Assembly: GCA_045401115.1 (NCBI GenBank)
Contig: CP174359.1
Coordinates: 483,247-547,246, forward strand
Source: Candidatus Phycocordibacter aenigmaticus
Lineage (GTDB): Bacteria; Patescibacteriota; Minisyncoccia; Phycocordibacterales; Phycocordibacteraceae
DNA length: 64,000 nucleotides
Reading direction: 5' to 3'
Shown: positions 34,588-44,773 of the stretch, piece after piece
How the letters are laid out: every line of letters begins with the position of its first letter
Numbering within the stretch: position 1 is the stretch's first letter
The notes under the pieces: model-generated
Database searches by the model: none
The model's input: only the letters and a program-made list of their open reading frames with translations
Told to the model about the DNA's origin: nothing
Program-made: the position numbers and the translations under genes

Positions 34588-35148
34588 GTGCCTCAAAATG
34601 GTGAACACATGAATGATCGAGAAGATAGGCAAAGCGATAACTCTACACCCAGTGACGAGCGTGATGCACTAGATTCAACTGTCGAAGATCTACAGAAAGA
34701 AGTGACACGTATTCGTGCTGAGCGTGATGAATATCTTGCTGGTTGGCAACGCTCAAAAGCTGATTATGTAAATCTTTCTCGGCGTTCTCGGGAAAAAGAG
34801 GCAGCACAGGCTCATGGCGGTGTTGCAAAAATGGCGCGGAGCATTATTTCAGTTTTTGATTCACTTGAAGCAGCGCGATCAGCAGCTGAAGAAACAGGAG
34901 GGACCGTTTTAAGTGGTATCGAGCAGGTGATTAAACAGTTGGAAGCGGCGCTTAAAGAACATCATGTTGAGCGCTTCACTCCTCAGCCAGGAGATGAGTT
35001 TAATCCTGCCTTACATGAGCCGGTGCAAACAGTTGCAACAGACGACGAAAACTTAGATAATACAATCGCCGAAACACTGCAAAGTGGGTACACGGCCGGC
35101 GATACTGTCGTCCGTCCGGCACGTGTATTGATCAGTAAACGTGGTTAA
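34588..35148 (+). CDS. grpE: Nucleotide exchange factor GrpE
   Basis: Acidic N-terminus, coiled coil 'LQKEVTRIRAERDEYLAGWQRSKADYVNLSRRSREKE' and a C-terminal beta domain. GTG start at 34588; an alternative ATG lies at 34609. Confidence 0.85.
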   Translation: MPQNGEHMNDREDRQSDNSTPSDERDALDSTVEDLQKEVTRIRAERDEYLAGWQRSKADYVNLSRRSREKEAAQAHGGVAKMARSIISVFDSLEAARSAAEETGGTVLSGIEQVIKQLEAALKEHHVERFTPQPGDEFNPALHEPVQTVATDDENLDNTIAETLQSGYTAGDTVVRPARVLISKRG

Positions 35149-35178
35149 TAGATTACTCAATTAATTACATAAAATACT

Positions 35179-37098
35179 ATGGGAAAGATTCTTGGAATTG
35201 ATTTAGGAACAACAAACTCAGCAATGGCGATCATTGAGGGAGGTGAACCGACGGTTATTGAAAATGCCGAAGGAAACCGAACAACACCTTCGGTAGTTGC
35301 TATTTCAAAAGCAAATGAACGTCTCGTAGGTCTTGTTGCGCGTCGACAGGCGGTCACTAATCCGCAAAATACTATTTACGGCATTAAACGTTTTATGGGG
35401 CATAAATTTTCTGATAACGCTGTTCAGAAAGATAAAGATGTGATGCCGTATGAAATCAAAGCGTCTTCTGATGAAGGGGTACTTGTTACGTTGGGTGATA
35501 AAGACTATCGTCCTGAAGAAGTTTCAGCAATGATTTTACAAAAGATGAAGGCTGATGCTGAGGCAAAGATTGGCGAACCTATTACAGAGGCAATTATCAC
35601 TGTTCCAGCATATTTTGATGACTCGCAACGTAAAGCAACTAAGGATGCAGGTAAAATCGCTGGTCTTGAGGTAAAACGTATTATTAATGAACCCACTGCA
35701 GCAGCGCTTGCGTATGGCTTTAATAAGCGTAAGAACGAACAGATTGTGGTATACGACTTCGGTGGCGGTACTTTTGACATCTCGGTACTTGAGGTCGGTG
35801 ATGATGTGATTGAAGTGAAAGCAACCGGCGGTGACTCTCATATGGGTGGTCGTGATATTGACCAGAAAATTATTCAGTATATTACTCAGGAATTTAAAAA
35901 ACAAAGCGGAATTGATGTTTCAAAGGATCCGCTTGCAATCCAGCGCCTAGACGAGGCAGCAGAAAAGGCAAAACTTGAACTCTCAACAACACAGGAAACG
36001 GAAATTAATATTCCATTTATTGCTTCAAATGATGCCGGTCCTCAACACCTTCTTATGAAACTGACTCGATCTAAACTTGAGGAGTTGGCACAGGAGTATA
36101 TTGACCGTTCAATTGAGCTTACTAAGCAAGTACTTGAACAGGCAGCATTCAAACCTGAAGATATTGAAGAGATAGTATTAGTTGGCGGACAGACACGTAT
36201 GCCGTTAGTACAAAATGCGGTAAAAAGTCTTTTCAATAAAGAACCAAACCGCACTATTAACCCTGATGAAGTGGTGGCACTAGGTGCCGCAATTCAGGCA
36301 GGTATTATGCAGGGCGATGTAAAAGATGTGCTCCTTCTTGATGTGATTCCACTTTCGCTTGGTATTGAAACCATGGGAGGTGTAGCTACTAAACTTATTG
36401 AGCGCAATACTACCATCCCTGCTTCAAAAGAACAGGTATTCTCAACAGCGGCTGATAATCAGACACAAGTAGAAATTCATATTACACAGGGTGAACGAGC
36501 AATGGCAGCTGATAATAAATCTCTTGGGAAATTCGTACTTGATGGTATTGCACCAGCGCCACGTGGCGTACCGCAGGTTGAAGTGTCTTTTGATGTTGAT
36601 GCAAACGGCATTCTCAATGTAACCGCCAAAGATAAAGCAACTGGAAAGTCACAATCTATTAAAATAGAAGCATCAAGTGGTCTTACTGATGAAGATATTG
36701 AAAAAATGAAACAAGATGCGGAGGCGCATGCTGACTCTGATAAAAAAGCAAAAGAGTTAGTCGAAGCGCGTAATGTTGCCGAACAGATGATACACACGGC
36801 TGAAAAAGCATTACAAGAACATAAAGACGCGGTACCTGAAGAAGTACGCACCGCAGTGAATGCCGCTATTGAGAAAGTAAAACAGGCCCGTGACGGCTCT
36901 GATAAAGAAGCGCTTGATGGTGCTACACAGGAACTCTCGGCTGAAATGCAAAAGATTGGCGAACATGTAGCTAAAACTGGCGAAACAAAAGGAAATGCAG
37001 AAGCGAACGACGCTGCACAAGAAGGAGGAGAGAACGTAACCGATGTTGAATCAAAGGATGCGGAAGACTCATCAGAAGGTAACGAGGAAGCTAAGTAG
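35179..37098 (+). CDS. dnaK: Molecular chaperone DnaK (Hsp70)
   Basis: '[15 protein letters not shown]', '[13 protein letters not shown]', '[11 protein letters not shown]', '[16 protein letters not shown]'. Confidence 0.95.
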   Translation: MGKILGIDLGTTNSAMAIIEGGEPTVIENAEGNRTTPSVVAISKANERLVGLVARRQAVTNPQNTIYGIKRFMGHKFSDNAVQKDKDVMPYEIKASSDEGVLVTLGDKDYRPEEVSAMILQKMKADAEAKIGEPITEAIITVPAYFDDSQRKATKDAGKIAGLEVKRIINEPTAAALAYGFNKRKNEQIVVYDFGGGTFDISVLEVGDDVIEVKATGGDSHMGGRDIDQKIIQYITQEFKKQSGIDVSKDPLAIQRLDEAAEKAKLELSTTQETEINIPFIASNDAGPQHLLMKLTRSKLEELAQEYIDRSIELTKQVLEQAAFKPEDIEEIVLVGGQTRMPLVQNAVKSLFNKEPNRTINPDEVVALGAAIQAGIMQGDVKDVLLLDVIPLSLGIETMGGVATKLIERNTTIPASKEQVFSTAADNQTQVEIHITQGERAMAADNKSLGKFVLDGIAPAPRGVPQVEVSFDVDANGILNVTAKDKATGKSQSIKIEASSGLTDEDIEKMKQDAEAHADSDKKAKELVEARNVAEQMIHTAEKALQEHKDAVPEEVRTAVNAAIEKVKQARDGSDKEALDGATQELSAEMQKIGEHVAKTGETKGNAEANDAAQEGGENVTDVESKDAEDSSEGNEEAK

Positions 37099-37119
37099 TG
37101 CGCGCAACTCACTGACACT

Positions 37120-38190
37120 ATGAGTAAAGACTACTACGGCATACTAGGGGTGGAGAAAAAAGCCTCAAAAGATGAGATCAAGAAAGCCTTTCGCAAACTT
37201 GCCCATAAGTACCATCCGGACAAAAAAGGCGGAGATGAGGTAAAGTTTAAAGAAGCAAGTGAGGCGTACGCAGTTCTCTCTGATGATAAAAAACGTGCTG
37301 AATACGATGCCTATGGTCGTGTATTCTCAGGTGCAGGCGCTGGTGGAGGTAATCAAGGCGGTTTTGAGGGGTTTGATTTCTCTCAGTTTACCGGTGCTGA
37401 AGGGTTCGATATTAATATGGAAGACATCTTCGGTGGTTTCGGTGACATGTTTGGTGGTGCGCGCCAAGCACGTGGTCGGGATATTTCCATTGATATCGAG
37501 CTGTCCTTTAAGGAGGCTGTATTTGGTATCACCCGAAAGGTATTGGTGAATAAAAACACCACATGTTCACGGTGTGACGGTAGTGGCGCTGAACCAAATA
37601 CTGATACAAAAACATGTGATACATGTACCGGAAAAGGACGTGTTATTGAACAACGTCGCTCTCCGTTTGGTGTATTCCAAACCGCGTCAGTGTGTAGTAC
37701 GTGTCGCGGTAAAGGAACGATTCCACAAAAACCATGTAAAACATGTACTGGCGAAGGAGTTGAATATAAACAGGTTGAACTTTCGGTTCAAATTCCTGCA
37801 GGTATTGAAAACGGTCAAATGATCCGCATGACAGGTGCCGGGGAAGCTATTGCCAGTGGTGCAGCAGGGGATTTATATATTAAAGTACACGTCACACCGC
37901 ATGAACGCTTTAAAAAAGAAGGTTATAACCTCATCACCGAACTACCTATAAAAATTACTGATGCACTTCTTGGGAGTGAATACACATTTGAAACACTTGA
38001 TGGCAAAGTAACAGTTAAAGTGCCTCCACTTAAATCAACTGATGAAATTTTACGTGTAAAAGGAAAGGGGGTGCCAATGGGCTCCGGTAAGCGTGGCGAT
38101 CTTTTGATTCGCATTAAACTTGAATTTCCACAAAAGCTTTCTTCTTCCACAAAAAAATTACTCGAACAACTTAAACAAGAAGGAATATAG
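37120..38190 (+). CDS. dnaJ: Molecular chaperone DnaJ (type I: J-domain, G/F region, four CxxCxGxG repeats, C-terminal domains)
   Basis: '[32 protein letters not shown]'; G/F-rich linker; 'CSRCDGSG...CDTCTGKG...CSTCRGKG...CKTCTGEG'. Confidence 0.95.
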   Translation: MSKDYYGILGVEKKASKDEIKKAFRKLAHKYHPDKKGGDEVKFKEASEAYAVLSDDKKRAEYDAYGRVFSGAGAGGGNQGGFEGFDFSQFTGAEGFDINMEDIFGGFGDMFGGARQARGRDISIDIELSFKEAVFGITRKVLVNKNTTCSRCDGSGAEPNTDTKTCDTCTGKGRVIEQRRSPFGVFQTASVCSTCRGKGTIPQKPCKTCTGEGVEYKQVELSVQIPAGIENGQMIRMTGAGEAIASGAAGDLYIKVHVTPHERFKKEGYNLITELPIKITDALLGSEYTFETLDGKVTVKVPPLKSTDEILRVKGKGVPMGSGKRGDLLIRIKLEFPQKLSSSTKKLLEQLKQEGI

Positions 38191-38196
38191 TATGCT

Positions 38197-38225
38197 AAAA
38201 GAGGTGTAAAAACCTCTTTTATTTT
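38197..38225 (+). terminator. Rho-independent terminator after dnaJ
   Basis: 'AAAAGAGGTGTAAAAACCTCTTTTATTTT'. Confidence 0.7.
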
Positions 38226-38273
38226 AGGCATATAGAATTAACTATTCGTGTTACGATTTAATAAACCACTTAT

Positions 38274-38771
38274 ATGGACACTTCTGATTTAGGGGGAACA
38301 CTCCAATATCTACTCGATCTTATTGTTGATTTTTCATCCGACTTCTTTGCTTTTATTGTCGTAGCCGCTGCTATTGCCGCTTTCGCTTTTTATTTTGGAC
38401 GTAATCGCATTGTTCCCCTTACTGCAGCACTTTACGCAGCAATTCCACTTTATATGCAATTCCCTTATATGGAATATATAACTACTCCGTTACTGCATAT
38501 AGCTTTATATCTCGGCATCACGGCGCTTGCACTCGTTGCGTTTTCTAATCTGGCATCCTTTGTAGCAGAAGGAAGTATCGGCTTTATTAAACTTGTGACA
38601 CTCTCAGCATCAGTTGCAGGTCTTTTATTAGCAGTCTCGATCCATGTGCTACCTGTTGAAGATATCTATACGTTTAGTGCGGCGACACGAGCACTCTTTG
38701 CGCCTGGTGAAGCATTTTTCTTATGGCTCGTGTTACCGCTGGCTGGTATTTTTGTGCTTGGAAGGGGATAA
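38274..38771 (+). CDS. Hypothetical integral membrane protein (4-5 TM)
   Basis: Hydrophobic throughout ('FFAFIVVAAAIAAFAFYF', 'LYLGITALALVAF', 'LWLVLPLAGIFVLG'). Ends 8 nt before the plsC start. Confidence 0.4.
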   Translation: MDTSDLGGTLQYLLDLIVDFSSDFFAFIVVAAAIAAFAFYFGRNRIVPLTAALYAAIPLYMQFPYMEYITTPLLHIALYLGITALALVAFSNLASFVAEGSIGFIKLVTLSASVAGLLLAVSIHVLPVEDIYTFSAATRALFAPGEAFFLWLVLPLAGIFVLGRG

Positions 38772-38778
38772 AGATTGT

Positions 38779-39477
38779 ATGCAGAAAAAGCGTTATAGAA
38801 TTCTTCCATTTATTATTCAAAGTACACTCTGGTGGGTTATTATGCGTCCCTTAACTCGTATATTTGCTCATTTAGAAATTGAAGGAGAATCGCATATTTC
38901 AGATATTCAGGGTCCGGTAATTTTTGCACCAAATCACTCCAGTGCTTTTGACCCAGTCCTGTTACCATTAACGCTCCCTTTTTGGGGTCAATTTTCTCCT
39001 ATTTTTTTTGTAAGCAAGCAAGGAAAATATTATAGTTCATGGAAAAAATTTGTATTTAATTTTTTCAATCTAGCATATATTGGCGCCATTCCTCTAGACG
39101 CAGAAAAAAAAGATTACGCTACTGCACTCAAAAGACATGTTGAGGTTCTTAAAGATGGGAATTCTGTGTGTATCTTTCCTGAAGGGAGACTTACAAAAGA
39201 TGGTTTAATTAGACCAGGGCACGGCGGGGTAAGTTATTTAGCAAACACAACCGGCCGCCCCGTCGTCCCTGTCCTTATTGATGGGACATTTAAAATTTCT
39301 CCATTAAAATTCTTTCTTCGGAGGCAAAAAATTCGTGTGACCTTTTTCCCGCCAGTATATTTTGAGCCTATTGAATACGCAAAAGATATTGAAGTTGCCA
39401 CTGCCTATCGTAAGAATGCGGAAAAAATCTTAAATGTCCTAAGGGAAAAAAAGGGAGAAGATATTATTGAAGTATGA
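38779..39477 (+). CDS. plsC: 1-acyl-sn-glycerol-3-phosphate acyltransferase (PlsC/LPLAT family)
   Basis: Block I 'FAPNHSSAFDPV' (H-x4-D) and block III 'IFPEGRLT'. Start set at the ATG at 38779 (MQKKRYRILPF); the ORF-track start at 38644 is an upstream extension overlapping the previous gene. Confidence 0.75.
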   Translation: MQKKRYRILPFIIQSTLWWVIMRPLTRIFAHLEIEGESHISDIQGPVIFAPNHSSAFDPVLLPLTLPFWGQFSPIFFVSKQGKYYSSWKKFVFNFFNLAYIGAIPLDAEKKDYATALKRHVEVLKDGNSVCIFPEGRLTKDGLIRPGHGGVSYLANTTGRPVVPVLIDGTFKISPLKFFLRRQKIRVTFFPPVYFEPIEYAKDIEVATAYRKNAEKILNVLREKKGEDIIEV

Positions 39478-40649
39478 AATTAATAAAATATATCTATTTT
39501 CCTTTTAGAGATCTATTCTTACATATTTTCCCCGTATATCTACGAAAAGAAAAGTATTCGTATGGCTTTCTTATACATCCTCGTGACGAACAAGATATCG
39601 TAACAAAATATCCGCTTTTCAGTAAGGTTCCTAAATCTGTTATTAGATTTTTTGCTCGATGGTACTGGCCGATAGTAGTCACAAAAGTTACCGGTTTAAA
39701 GGAGACAGATACTAACGAGACGATAGATGGGTATATTATTTCAATTCCACTTATTACAACCCAGATATTGGAGAATCGCACCTTAGCGATAAAACGGATC
39801 CGACAGGCGATTGAATTAGCTAAAAAGATGGGGGTTAAAATAATCGGACTTGGCGCATTGACCGCATCAGTCACAAAAGGAGGGGAGGATCTTACAGATA
39901 TTCCTAACATTTTCATAACCACAGGACACGCATATACAGGTTTTAATGTCACCCGTAACCTTTTCAAATTAGAAGAGGAGTTGTGTATAGATTATAAAAA
40001 AGATGTCGTTGCGATAGTGGGCGCGGCGGGTTCGATTGGAGGCATATCAGCTGAATTAATTGCACGGCGTGGTTACCATAATATCTTACTGATTGATGTC
40101 GAACGTAAACGTGACCGAGTTGAGAAGGTATTAAAAGGGTTACAGGAGAAATATCCAAGAGCTACATTTGCTACGCACTATAATATCGCTGCTATACGTG
40201 ACGCTGATTTTATTATTGCCGCCACTAATGCGCCTGAGGCTCTTATAACCACAGAACTACTAAAACCAGGTGCTGTTGTTATTGATGACGCTCAGCCGTC
40301 GGACGTGGACTACGCAGTGCTTGAGTCAGATGATGTCATGGCTATTGAGGCCGGCGTAGTCCATACGCCGGGTATCTGCAGTAATTTTAACCTTGGACTA
40401 AAAAATAAATTTGATAATTTCTGTTGCATGGTTGAGGTTCTCATCCTTGCATCCCAGAAATGGGAATCACACTTTGTCATCAAGCGGACCACCCTTGAAT
40501 TCGTTGATAAGATAGCTGAGTGGGGTAAACCGCTTAACTTTGATGTTGCACAACTACAGAACCGAAAAGAGTTGATTTCTCATGAAAAGATGCAACGGAT
40601 CATTCAAATTAGAAAAAATAGGATAAAATCAGAAGAGAATGAATCATAA
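39474..40649 (+). CDS. NAD(P)-binding oxidoreductase homologous to cyanobacterial acyl-ACP reductase (AAR) / shikimate-DH-like fold
   Basis: Block-wise match to Synechococcus AAR recalled from memory: 'IIGLGALTASV' ~ 'ISALGGFTSII', 'TTGHAYTGF' ~ 'TTGNTHTAY', 'VAIVGAAGSIGGISAELIARRG' ~ 'VAVVGATGDIGSAVCRWL', 'DADFIIAATNAPE' ~ 'EADFIVWVASMPQ', 'AVVIDDAQP' ~ 'CVLIDGGYP'. ATGA-coupled to plsC. Confidence 0.45.
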   Translation: MKLIKYIYFPFRDLFLHIFPVYLRKEKYSYGFLIHPRDEQDIVTKYPLFSKVPKSVIRFFARWYWPIVVTKVTGLKETDTNETIDGYIISIPLITTQILENRTLAIKRIRQAIELAKKMGVKIIGLGALTASVTKGGEDLTDIPNIFITTGHAYTGFNVTRNLFKLEEELCIDYKKDVVAIVGAAGSIGGISAELIARRGYHNILLIDVERKRDRVEKVLKGLQEKYPRATFATHYNIAAIRDADFIIAATNAPEALITTELLKPGAVVIDDAQPSDVDYAVLESDDVMAIEAGVVHTPGICSNFNLGLKNKFDNFCCMVEVLILASQKWESHFVIKRTTLEFVDKIAEWGKPLNFDVAQLQNRKELISHEKMQRIIQIRKNRIKSEENES

Positions 40650-42271
40650 TGATTTTTGAATTAAATGTTATTAATGTACTGATCGCAGCTATTGCGGCTA
40701 TAAACACACTATATGGTTTGGTGGTATTTTCTCGTAATCGAAAAAACACCACTAATCAGTCATTTTTCTTTCTAACCCTAGCGGTGAGTTCTTGGGGTGT
40801 CGCGATGCTTTTTTTAAGAAGCATGCATAATCCTACTGAGGGTATTTGGGCAGCTCGTTGGTTATACGCAACAGCAGCGCTTATTCCTTTCGCTTCAGTA
40901 TATTTCGCTTCCATTTTTCCTGAAAAAAATACTCGACTCTCATCTTTTCAAAAATTTGTAATTCCCATTCCATTACTGTTTATTTTATTACTCACATTTT
41001 TACCGCAAAATGGATTGATATACGGCATTAGCCTCGCTGCTGAACATCCAGTTATATTGTTCAATATCATCCAGCACACAATATATGTTGCCTTTATTAT
41101 TAGCTATTTTGCATGGGTATACGTAATTTTATTCAGGAAATTTTTTGGTGCACATAGTACTGTAAAAGTGCAACTTGCTTATGTATTAGCTGGGACACTT
41201 ACTACCACTGGAATTGCTGTTTTTACAAACCTCCTCCTTCCATATTTCGGAATTTTTTCTCTTAATTGGTTTGGTCAGATCGGTATCTTGGCGATGATCA
41301 CCTTTATTCTTTACTCCATACTGAAACACCATCTATTCAGTATTAATGTCATTGCCACCGAGGTGTTTGTAGCCACGCTTCAACTGACCCTCTTTACTCA
41401 GATTTTTGTTGCCCAAGGACTACAAGAACGTCTTTTCGCTATTGGTGTATTTAGCGCCTCGACTATTGCCGGATTCCTTCTGATCCGTAATGTTATTCGT
41501 GAAGTGGAACAACGTCAGGAAATTGAACGTTTGGCAAAAGATCTTCAGAAAGCAAATACACGTCTGAAGGAACTTGATGCAATGAAATCACAATTCCTCT
41601 CTATTGCTTCACACGACCTGAGGGCACCACTGACTGCTATTCGTAACTTCATGTCACTTCTATTGGATGGCACCTATGGCGTTATTCCACCTGCGGCAAA
41701 AGAAGGGATGCAACAAGTATTTGACCGCGCCACTGAGATGGCTGACTCAGTATCAGATTATTTGAACGTCTCTCGTATTGAACAAGGTCGTATGAAATAT
41801 GATTTTGTTGAGAGTAATCTCTATGATGTGATTTCAGATAGTGTAGCAATCTTCCGGTCTAATTTTGAAAAGAAAGGTCTCACACTAAATATATCTCTTC
41901 CTGAAGATAAGACATTCCCTGTTAAGGCAGATGTTGGAAAATTACAAGAAGTATTCAATAACTTACTTGATAATGCGGCTAAATACACACCACAAGGAAC
42001 TGTCACTGTTTCCCTTGAGAAAATTGCGGACAACAAAGCACGGGTCACTCTTCAAGACACCGGAGTGGGAATGGATCAAAAAACCATACGGAGCCTTTTC
42101 AAACTCTTCAGTACTGGTGAAAATTCGCGTAAGATCAATACATCTTCAACCGGAATCGGATTGTATATCACCAAGAAGCACGTTGAGGCTCATGGTGGTC
42201 GCGTATGGGCTGAAAGTGACGGAGAAGGTAAGGGGAGTCGGTTTATTGTTGAGCTACCCCTCAAAGCCTAG
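40649..42271 (+). CDS. Sensor histidine kinase with an N-terminal polytopic (about 7 TM) membrane sensor domain
   Basis: About 270 aa of TM helices, a coiled coil, then HisKA 'LSIASHDLRAPLTAI' and HATPase_c 'NLLDNAAKYTP...DTGVGM...GTGIGLYI'. No response regulator in the window. Confidence 0.8.
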   Translation: MIFELNVINVLIAAIAAINTLYGLVVFSRNRKNTTNQSFFFLTLAVSSWGVAMLFLRSMHNPTEGIWAARWLYATAALIPFASVYFASIFPEKNTRLSSFQKFVIPIPLLFILLLTFLPQNGLIYGISLAAEHPVILFNIIQHTIYVAFIISYFAWVYVILFRKFFGAHSTVKVQLAYVLAGTLTTTGIAVFTNLLLPYFGIFSLNWFGQIGILAMITFILYSILKHHLFSINVIATEVFVATLQLTLFTQIFVAQGLQERLFAIGVFSASTIAGFLLIRNVIREVEQRQEIERLAKDLQKANTRLKELDAMKSQFLSIASHDLRAPLTAIRNFMSLLLDGTYGVIPPAAKEGMQQVFDRATEMADSVSDYLNVSRIEQGRMKYDFVESNLYDVISDSVAIFRSNFEKKGLTLNISLPEDKTFPVKADVGKLQEVFNNLLDNAAKYTPQGTVTVSLEKIADNKARVTLQDTGVGMDQKTIRSLFKLFSTGENSRKINTSSTGIGLYITKKHVEAHGGRVWAESDGEGKGSRFIVELPLKA

Positions 42272-42333
42272 GTTTGGTAGTATAAGGGAATGAATCTCGT
42301 AAAAGAAGCACCCTTCTTTCGAGGAACGGCAAA

Positions 42334-43335
42334 GTGTATATCACAATAAACGCAAAAAAAACTATGTCTATAAAAAATGCGCATACTTCGAACGGGATAA
42401 AAAAACGGCTACTTACTGGCCTACAACCATCGGGCAATCTCCATATTGGTAATTACTTTGGAGCACTGAAGCCTTTTGTCGATCTTTATGAAGAATATGA
42501 CAGTTTTCTCATGCTTGCCGATTACCATGCGTGCACCTCAAAGCATAATCCTACTGTTCTTCATGAAGATACATTAAATCTCGCGCGCACCTACCTCGCT
42601 GTTGGCGTAGACCCTAAAAAGGCAATTCTTTTTAGACAATCAGATGTACCACAGCACACTGAGCTTGCGTGGATATTTAATTGTCTTGTTTCTGTACCAT
42701 TTTTAATGCAAGCACATGCGTATAAAGACAAAGTAGCCAAAGGTCTTGAGGCAAATGCGGGGCTCTTTACATATCCTATGCTCATGGCGGCGGATATTCT
42801 TTTGTACGACACTGACGTGGTACCTGTGGGCAGTGACCAAAGACAGCATGTTGAATATGCACGTGAGGCGGCAACAAAGTTCCGTAATGCGTATTCAGAT
42901 ATTTTTAAAGAACCAGAAGAGCGTATCTTAGAAAATGTCGGAGTGGTGCCGGGAACCGATGGTGAGAAAATGAGTAAAAGCTATGGTAACACCATTCCTC
43001 TTTTTGGATCTAAAGATGAAATCACAAAAGCAGTGATGGGTATCGTGACCGACTCTACCGGGGACATCCCGGAGCATGTGTATGCAATTCATAAACTTTA
43101 TCGCTCGGAAGAGGATCTCATGGCGTTATATGAGGAGCATAAAGGAAAATATAAGGCGCTTAAGGAAGCACTTATTGAAGATATTGAGGCACATGTCGCG
43201 CCAATGAGAGAGAGGTATGAATCTATCTCTGATAACGAAATAAAACAGGTTCTTACTCAAGGCGCAGAAAAAGCAGGTGCTGTGGCCTTCGCTAAGATGA
43301 GTGAGGTGCGTAAAGAGATAGGTATCGCGTTGTGA
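42334..43335 (+). CDS. trpS: Tryptophanyl-tRNA synthetase
   Basis: 'LTGLQPSGNLHIGNYFGAL' (HIGH-type) and 'KMSKS'. GTG start at 42334 with a GAGGA RBS 8 nt upstream; an alternative ATG lies at 42364. Confidence 0.85.
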   Translation: MYITINAKKTMSIKNAHTSNGIKKRLLTGLQPSGNLHIGNYFGALKPFVDLYEEYDSFLMLADYHACTSKHNPTVLHEDTLNLARTYLAVGVDPKKAILFRQSDVPQHTELAWIFNCLVSVPFLMQAHAYKDKVAKGLEANAGLFTYPMLMAADILLYDTDVVPVGSDQRQHVEYAREAATKFRNAYSDIFKEPEERILENVGVVPGTDGEKMSKSYGNTIPLFGSKDEITKAVMGIVTDSTGDIPEHVYAIHKLYRSEEDLMALYEEHKGKYKALKEALIEDIEAHVAPMRERYESISDNEIKQVLTQGAEKAGAVAFAKMSEVRKEIGIAL

Positions 43336-43366
43336 TTTTATAAAGACTAGGTACAATAGACACATT

Positions 43367-44773
43367 ATGGAACGAACACTCATACGTGATTTGCACGACC
43401 ACATTGATACAGAAGTTCTTGTTAATGGATGGGTCAGTGTGAGGCGCGACCACGGTAAACTCATTTTCTTGGATATCCGAGATCGTTCAGGAATCGTTCA
43501 GGCTGTGGCATTACCCAACAACGAGGGGGTAGTAGAAACAGCTGATACATTGCGTCCAGAATATGTAGTAGCGGTAACTGCAAAAGTGAATGCACGGCCA
43601 GAAAAAATGGTGAACGAAGATGAGCAAAATGGTGATATTGAGCTTGAACTACTTTCAATTACGACATTAAACGAATCTAAAACTCCTCCGTTCGAATTGA
43701 CTGAAGATACCTCTGATATCGAAGAAACACTCCGTCTTAAATATCGATATTTAGACCTGCGAACCGAGCGTATGCAGCGCAACATCAAGGTACGTAGTGA
43801 GTTCATTCAGCGATGTCGCGATTTCCTTTTCGAGCGTGATTTTACTGAAATTGAAACGCCGCTCCTTACTGAGTCGACCGCAGAAGGTTCTCGTGACTTT
43901 GTGGTTCCTTCACGAATTAACCCTGGTAAATTTTATGCACTGCCACAGTCACCACAGCAGTACAAAGAACTGTTGATGACAGCAGGGTTTGAACGTTATT
44001 TCCAAATTGCACGCGCCATCCGTGATGAAGACTTGCGAGCGGACCGTGGCTTTGAACATACTCAGCTTGATTTAGAAATATCTTTTATGAATCAAGAAGA
44101 CATCATGCAATTAATTGAGAATATGATGACCACTGTTGTTGAGGCTATGGGTCATACCATAAAAGAAAAACCATTCCCAGTTATTTCTTACCAAGATGCA
44201 ATGGAGAAGTATGGCGCTGATAAATTTGATTTGCGAACCGAGGAGGATAAGCAGAACAATGTATTGGCGTTTGCATGGGTAGTTGATTTTCCACTTTTTG
44301 AAAAGACTGATGAAGGAGCGTGGACCTTTAGCCATAACCCATTCTCATTACCAAAACCTGAATATCAAGAAGCACATCTCGCTGGTAAGGATACCGAGAA
44401 TATTATTTCTACACAGTACGATCTTGTGTGCAACGGGTTTGAAGTGGGCGGTGGTAGTTTACGTGCGTATGATCCGCAAACATTAACGGCAACGTATAAA
44501 ACAATGGGATACTCCGAAGAGGAAATTGAACGCATGGTGGGGCATATGCGTGAGGCGTATAGTTTTGGCACACCACCTCACGGAGGTCTTGCGCTTGGGA
44601 TTGAACGCAATATTATGAATTTGGTAGGAGAAGATGCGCTACGAGAAGTCCAGGCATTCCCTATGACGCGCGGTGGGCAAACATCAGTTATGAATGGCCC
44701 AAGTGAGTTATCAAAAGAGCAACTTAAAGAGCTTCGGTTATCAATTAATGAGAAAGAAAAGGATGGAGATTAA
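43367..44773 (+). CDS. aspS: Aspartyl-tRNA synthetase, short form without the bacterial GAD insertion domain
   Basis: N-terminal OB-fold 'VNGWVSVRRDHGKLIFLDIRDRSG'. Motif 2 'FQIARAIRDEDLRADRGFEHTQLDLE' is Asp-specific. Motif 3 'GGGSLRAYD...GLALGIER'. Only about 150 aa separate motifs 2 and 3, and the whole protein is 468 aa. Confidence 0.75.
   Translation: MERTLIRDLHDHIDTEVLVNGWVSVRRDHGKLIFLDIRDRSGIVQAVALPNNEGVVETADTLRPEYVVAVTAKVNARPEKMVNEDEQNGDIELELLSITTLNESKTPPFELTEDTSDIEETLRLKYRYLDLRTERMQRNIKVRSEFIQRCRDFLFERDFTEIETPLLTESTAEGSRDFVVPSRINPGKFYALPQSPQQYKELLMTAGFERYFQIARAIRDEDLRADRGFEHTQLDLEISFMNQEDIMQLIENMMTTVVEAMGHTIKEKPFPVISYQDAMEKYGADKFDLRTEEDKQNNVLAFAWVVDFPLFEKTDEGAWTFSHNPFSLPKPEYQEAHLAGKDTENIISTQYDLVCNGFEVGGGSLRAYDPQTLTATYKTMGYSEEEIERMVGHMREAYSFGTPPHGGLALGIERNIMNLVGEDALREVQAFPMTRGGQTSVMNGPSELSKEQLKELRLSINEKEKDGD

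Noticed and set aside
36477-37118. A 213-aa minus-strand ORF inside dnaK; a similar 142-aa ORF at 29599-30027 inside the 29093 gene.
   Set aside because: Both are antisense shadow ORFs of highly supported or longer genes, with Ser/Ala-rich junk composition.
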